From a virus (Duplodnaviria; Heunggongvirae; Uroviricota; Caudoviricetes), in the IMG/VR virus record IMGVR_UViG_3300028992_000036: a DNA stretch of 64,000 bases; one strand, written 5' to 3'. Position 1 is the stretch's first letter, and each line of letters starts with the position of its first letter. Below, piece after piece: positions 59,513 through 64,000 of this stretch. The translations under genes were made by a program, and so were the position numbers. The notes beneath the pieces were generated by a model. It saw only the letters and a list, made by a program, of their open reading frames with translations. It was not told where the DNA came from and ran no database searches.

Positions 59513-60676
59513 TTAATCAAAATTCTTCTGTTTCATTGCCTCAGCCGCTTTTTGCAGCGGTCCTTTTAAGGCTTTTTCTAACTTTGTCATCTGCTCTAAG
59601 TGCCACGCAACCGCTTGGGGCCAAGTCTCTTTGTTAAACCCGTCAGCTTTGGTCGAAAACTGGATACGGCAAGATTTCTTCTCATCCAGCCTCATCCACT
59701 CAAGTTCTGCACCAAAAGTATGCTCAATGTCTTGTTTGGACTGACTCAACAAATCAAAAAGGTATTTATTCTCTTCGGTAACCCCACGGCTGATCCAAAG
59801 CTCTACTCGAAGCTCTTTTTGCAGAAATATCAGGTTATACGGACATCCACTTAGCCCTGAGCCTGCTGATAACCAATGATCTTTGCTTGGGCTAATGTTG
59901 TTATAGAGTTGGCAAGAGCTTTTCTGAAACGCCTCTAAGGCACGCTCCCAGTACTCGCGACGCACGGTATGGCGGTTTTTTAGTACCACTTCGGTGGTTT
60001 TTTCTTCCGCTTCCTTGGCATTAATGCCGATCATCAACTCTTTCGCTTCTGGCGTTGGAATGATCTGGTCAATATTAATCAGTAGCTGTTCACCCAGTGA
60101 ATAAGGCGTGATTTTGAAGCAGGCAATGCTAATGCCTTGACCCAATAACCACAGCGCGGTGCTGGTCACTTCTTTGCGAAAGTTTGCCGCAACTAACATA
60201 ATGCGCTGGCTGTTACCCAGGTTGAGCTTTAACTCATCGAGATCGGGCGCATCCAAAAACTCACATATTCTAGCAGAGGCACTTGCAGGGGTATTAAACA
60301 AGTCAACCTCTCCTGTTACAGGCTCATAGCGGTCTAAGTACTGCTGGTAAATTTCAACGATTTGCGCTTTGGTTAAACTTGCGCAGTAGGAGGCATATTT
60401 AAGCGCCTGCCACACCACATCGCGGCCACTGTCGTCCAGCTTGTTTTCAATAATGACCAAGTTGCCATCTTTATCCAGTGCCAGTAAATCTAAGCGTTCA
60501 CGGGTGTCATCAAAGCCATCGAACTCTTTTTGAATAATCAGCAGCTCTTCACCCAGTGCGGAAGGCTCGTGTGCCAACCATTCCTGAAGATTTTTGCGCT
60601 CAGTAAAGCCCAACTCACTGAATCTCTTCGTCTTAACCGGACTAATCCTGTTGGTCTGATGATTTACCGTGAACAT
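59513..60676 (-). CDS. PD-(D/E)xK-like domain protein embedded between hsdS and hsdR
   Basis: N-terminal DLLALDKDGNLVIIENK (D..E.K) nuclease-like motif; no P-loop; 9-14 nt gaps to hsdS and hsdR. Confidence 0.5.
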   Translation of the reverse strand: MFTVNHQTNRISPVKTKRFSELGFTERKNLQEWLAHEPSALGEELLIIQKEFDGFDDTRERLDLLALDKDGNLVIIENKLDDSGRDVVWQALKYASYCASLTKAQIVEIYQQYLDRYEPVTGEVDLFNTPASASARICEFLDAPDLDELKLNLGNSQRIMLVAANFRKEVTSTALWLLGQGISIACFKITPYSLGEQLLINIDQIIPTPEAKELMIGINAKEAEEKTTEVVLKNRHTVRREYWERALEAFQKSSCQLYNNISPSKDHWLSAGSGLSGCPYNLIFLQKELRVELWISRGVTEENKYLFDLLSQSKQDIEHTFGAELEWMRLDEKKSCRIQFSTKADGFNKETWPQAVAWHLEQMTKLEKALKGPLQKAAEAMKQKNFD

Positions 60677-60685
60677 ATTCGCTTC

Positions 60686-62014
60686 CTATTGCTCAACCAT
60701 TTCTGGGGTGATCTTGATTTTTCCTGTCACGGCGCTGTTGATCAGGGTGGTTTTATATTCTTTAAGCTTTTCGATTTGTATTTTTTGATACTCTATAGCT
60801 CGCTCAACATCACCATTTAATCTGTTAATGTACGTAATAATTCCATCTCGTTCATTTTTAGAAGGGGGGAAAGGCACAAAAATGCTATTAAGATTCCCCA
60901 CTGTAAGCTGATTAATTGTTGATGTAAGAAATGTCCCTGATAACATTTTGAAAACATCACTATTTAGAATGCAAAATAAATACTCATTGTGTTTAGATCT
61001 GAATACCGTAGTAAAGGCCCCGAAGCTGTTTCCCTCATCAGCGTCAGATACAAATGCACACTTGCCAATTAGGTCTCGACTTCCATTCCTGGAGCATATC
61101 AAAATATCACCTTTTTTAAGCTTTAAGTGCTCAGGAATAAAGCAATTGACATAAACATTTTCCTTTTCACCATACTTAAACTTCCCTTCGTATAAGTTTG
61201 ATGATCGCGCAACTAGAGTTCCGCCTTTTTCATCACTTAAATCATTTGGCGAATAAGTTAACCCAATGATCGATTTACCAAGATATTTTAACCTCTTAAC
61301 GTCCCAATGCGCTGGAATCTTACCAATCCAATCCACACCGGAGTCTTTCATTGGCACATTGGGATCAAGCCCTTGGGTCACCGCCTGTTGGATGATGATC
61401 TGCTTACGCTCTTTCAGCAGGCTAATTTGCTGCTCTTTGATCGAAATCGCTTCGTCGATTAGAGCGGTTTTCTTGTCGAGGAAGCAGGCAATTAGAAGTT
61501 GTTCCTCGGTTGGTGGCAAAAATACCAAGGCTCGTTTTAATTGAGGCCAATATAGGTTTCTCTGAATTGTTCCTACACCTTTTGAGCTAACTAAGTAATT
61601 AGCCACCATTGCCCCATCTCTGAACAGATAGTTACCAAAGCGGGGAACTATATCTTCCGATAAAGAAAGAACTAAGTAAGCTGGGCTGACTATTCCTCGG
61701 TAATCAGAAACACCGACTGAACCACGCCAAGCTTGCTGATTATTTAAAACAAAGTCACCTGGATCTACCAACTGATACTTAGTCAGATCCGAACTGGTTG
61801 TATTTGTACGTTTTGCATCAACGTCATCGAATTTTATTACTCCTTTGTCCAAATAGACTGATAGAAGCTCTTCATTTTCATTATTAGAAATAGATTTTAA
61901 TTTTGATTTTGCGCACAAAGGAAATGAATTCCAGTGAACTGGTATGGCCCCTATCCATTCAACACCTGAATCTTTATAAGCCTCATATTTCGGCATTTCA
62001 GAAATCTTCATCAT
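60686..62014 (-). CDS. hsdS: type I restriction-modification specificity subunit
   Basis: Two target-recognition domains each beginning KDSGV(E/D)WIG.IP.HW, separated by conserved helical spacer. Confidence 0.8.
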   Translation of the reverse strand: MMKISEMPKYEAYKDSGVEWIGAIPVHWNSFPLCAKSKLKSISNNENEELLSVYLDKGVIKFDDVDAKRTNTTSSDLTKYQLVDPGDFVLNNQQAWRGSVGVSDYRGIVSPAYLVLSLSEDIVPRFGNYLFRDGAMVANYLVSSKGVGTIQRNLYWPQLKRALVFLPPTEEQLLIACFLDKKTALIDEAISIKEQQISLLKERKQIIIQQAVTQGLDPNVPMKDSGVDWIGKIPAHWDVKRLKYLGKSIIGLTYSPNDLSDEKGGTLVARSSNLYEGKFKYGEKENVYVNCFIPEHLKLKKGDILICSRNGSRDLIGKCAFVSDADEGNSFGAFTTVFRSKHNEYLFCILNSDVFKMLSGTFLTSTINQLTVGNLNSIFVPFPPSKNERDGIITYINRLNGDVERAIEYQKIQIEKLKEYKTTLINSAVTGKIKITPEMVEQ

Positions 62015-62020
62015 AACGAC

Positions 62021-64000
62021 TTACCCCTGAACCTTTTTTACTTCCGCACCAAGAATCTGCGCAATCAAACCTTCGGCTTTTTGTTCTAGGTTGATGATGT
62101 CGGTTGCGACCTCTTCTAAACTACGCAGCGGTTTATGACGGTAGAAATACTTATTGAAGCTGATTTCATAGCCAATTTTTACCGTATCTAGGTTTATCCA
62201 TGCTTCATCGACATGAGGCTTCACTTCATCTAGGAAGTACTGGTAAATGCTTTGCTTTAATGGAACAGATTCTGTATCTCGCAGGTCTGAATTGGTCTCG
62301 TAAGTGATATACTCGCCTTTTTTACCGCCTTCTGCTGAAGGAACGGGGTAATAACCAAAATCTGGCAAGTCAGCGACTTCACACTCATAGCGCTCCAGCA
62401 GGTCGTTTAATTTATCACCCGTTAATTTAACTACCTTTTTAACCACTTTCTTGGCGGTTTCGTCATACCAGCTCACCGCGTGAAGAATGGCATTTTTCTC
62501 AGGTGCTGAAAGCTTAATAGCATGGGCTTTTAGCGATTTATCAACTTGGGTTTTAAAGCTATTGAAGTCATCAAATTCAATGCTACCGATGTCAGCCATC
62601 AGCGTTTGTGCAGTTTCAAGCAATGCTTTTAGCGCCAGCCAGTGTTTCACATCAAGCAGTTTGGCCTTAGCCTTAGCATTGAGACTGATGTCGTTATCTT
62701 CACACCAAGAAAGAATGTCTTTCTCGATGGATTTTAAGAAGCTCTTTTTCTGATCTGACCCGTAGCCAGTTTTTTCGTAAACACGTTCGCCGTGCTCTGC
62801 GTACACGTACTCCATCACTTCACTAAGTTGCTTATCAAAACGCAGTGGGGCTATGGCATCTTGAGTAAACTTGGCTTTGCGGCGATCTGGGCGCTCGATA
62901 GTGACTTTGTAGTAGCCAAAATCGTCATTGCTGAATACCTTACTGGCGATGCCAACAGGATCATTGTTTGCATCCAGTGCTCTTTCAACATCCTTACACG
63001 CGAGGTAAGTATCGGTAATTTCCGTGATGTGCTCAGGCGCAAATTCGCAGTTTTTGTTACCTAAGTTCTTGCGCAACTTACGGTAGAGCAAGCTGGCATC
63101 AATTAATTGCACCTTACCTTTACGCGCCTCAGGTTTATTGTTGTTCAACACCCAAATGTAAGTGGTAATGCCAGTGTTATAGAACAGGTTATTAGGTAAC
63201 TGAACGATGGCATCTAGCATGTCGTTTTCAATGATGAAGCGACGAATATTACTTTCGCCACCGCCCGCATCACCGGTAAAGAGCGATGAGCCGTTATGAA
63301 CAGAGGCAATCCGGCTGCCTAATGGACTTACGCTCGGATCTTTCATCTTGTTGACCATCTCCATTAAGAAAAGCAGCTGGCCATCACTCGAACGTGGCGT
63401 GGCATCCACCACTTCGAGATTTCCCCAATAGTCTTTCAGGCTAACCTTAAAACGCGGGTCAATCACATCGCTGCCGTCTTTAATGTACTTCTGTTCAGAC
63501 GCCCAACTCTTACCGTATGGCGGGTTAGACAACATAAAGTCAAAGCGAGAAGCCGCAAACTCGTCGGTAGACAAGGTTGAGCCTACCTTGATGTTCTCAG
63601 GGTTGTTACCTTTGATCATCATGTCCGATTTACAAATCGCGTAGGTCTCGTCATTGATCTCTTTGCCGTAAAGGTAAATATCTCGGCTGTCGTTCGGGTA
63701 TTTCTCTTCAATGAAGTTTTGAGATTCAGTGAGCATACCACCGCTACCACACGCAGGGTCGTAAACGGTCATGGTCAATGGTAGCTGCTCTTTCACTGGG
63801 TCAAAAACCAAGTGTGTCATCAGCTCAATCACTTCCCTAGGTGTAAAGTGCTCACCGGCTTCTTCGTTATTCTCCTCGTTGAACTTACGGATCAACTCTT
63901 CGAACACGTACCCCATACCCAGGTTAGTAAGGGCTGGCATCTTGTTGCCATCTGGGTCTTCGATCGTTTCATGAGTTAAGTTGATGTAAGGGGAAACAAA
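62021..64000 (-). CDS. hsdM: type I restriction-modification methyltransferase subunit, N-terminus beyond window end
   Basis: Motif I DPACGSGGML, motif IV NPPYG; reading frame stays open upstream of the first Met to nt 64000. Confidence 0.85.
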   Translation of the reverse strand, partial: FVSPYINLTHETIEDPDGNKMPALTNLGMGYVFEELIRKFNEENNEEAGEHFTPREVIELMTHLVFDPVKEQLPLTMTVYDPACGSGGMLTESQNFIEEKYPNDSRDIYLYGKEINDETYAICKSDMMIKGNNPENIKVGSTLSTDEFAASRFDFMLSNPPYGKSWASEQKYIKDGSDVIDPRFKVSLKDYWGNLEVVDATPRSSDGQLLFLMEMVNKMKDPSVSPLGSRIASVHNGSSLFTGDAGGGESNIRRFIIENDMLDAIVQLPNNLFYNTGITTYIWVLNNNKPEARKGKVQLIDASLLYRKLRKNLGNKNCEFAPEHITEITDTYLACKDVERALDANNDPVGIASKVFSNDDFGYYKVTIERPDRRKAKFTQDAIAPLRFDKQLSEVMEYVYAEHGERVYEKTGYGSDQKKSFLKSIEKDILSWCEDNDISLNAKAKAKLLDVKHWLALKALLETAQTLMADIGSIEFDDFNSFKTQVDKSLKAHAIKLSAPEKNAILHAVSWYDETAKKVVKKVVKLTGDKLNDLLERYECEVADLPDFGYYPVPSAEGGKKGEYITYETNSDLRDTESVPLKQSIYQYFLDEVKPHVDEAWINLDTVKIGYEISFNKYFYRHKPLRSLEEVATDIINLEQKAEGLIAQILGAEVKKVQG

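Noticed and set aside
59513-60676. Embedded hsd gene as a PrrC-type anticodon nuclease
   Set aside because: Position matches the prr locus, but the protein has no Walker A P-loop; kept as an unassigned PD-(D/E)xK-like candidate.

Overview
64-kb window from a draft assembly (45-N gap at 56245-56289) of an Escherichia/Shigella-type enterobacterial replicon. All calls are from reading the sequence and six-frame ORFs; no database search was run. The window is an IS-punctuated mosaic. (1) nt 1-76: end of an IS911-like IS3-family element whose terminal TGA truncates a tape-measure gene. (2) nt 77-14640, minus strand: siphovirus-like late operon (two ParB-like nuclease-domain proteins, ABC-type ATPase, terminase small and large subunits, portal, scaffold, major capsid, Ig-domain decoration protein, neck proteins, Ig-domain major tail protein, chaperones). 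(3) nt 14.7-24.6 kb: SF2 helicase, small lipoprotein/secreted genes, an AT-rich three-gene moron bounded by identical hairpins, a cassette of small acidic early proteins, iteron-like phased repeats and a 1.5-kb GT-skewed non-coding tract. (4) intact IS2 with 5-bp target duplication (24645-25975). (5) chromosomal housekeeping pair metG/apbC (26568-29859), joined on the right to phage-like DNA through a 127-bp IS1 remnant. (6) nt 30.1-55.7 kb: phage or phage-plasmid DNA-metabolism module (two N6-adenine methyltransferases, RNase H, DnaQ-like exonuclease, kinase, DHFR, thymidylate synthase, NrdAB, RuvC-like resolvase, SbcCD-like pair) plus an iteron-flanked RepA plasmid replicon. (7) a second, inverted, partial IS911-like copy containing the N-gap. 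(8) a type I restriction-modification operon hsdM-hsdS-X-hsdR carrying an embedded PD-(D/E)xK-like gene. Two conserved intergenic motif families recur across the phage-like DNA and look like element-specific regulatory signals. The most promising candidates for an undescribed system are the hsd-embedded gene, the ParB-ParB-ABC operon ahead of the terminase, the acidic early cassette and the AT-rich moron.
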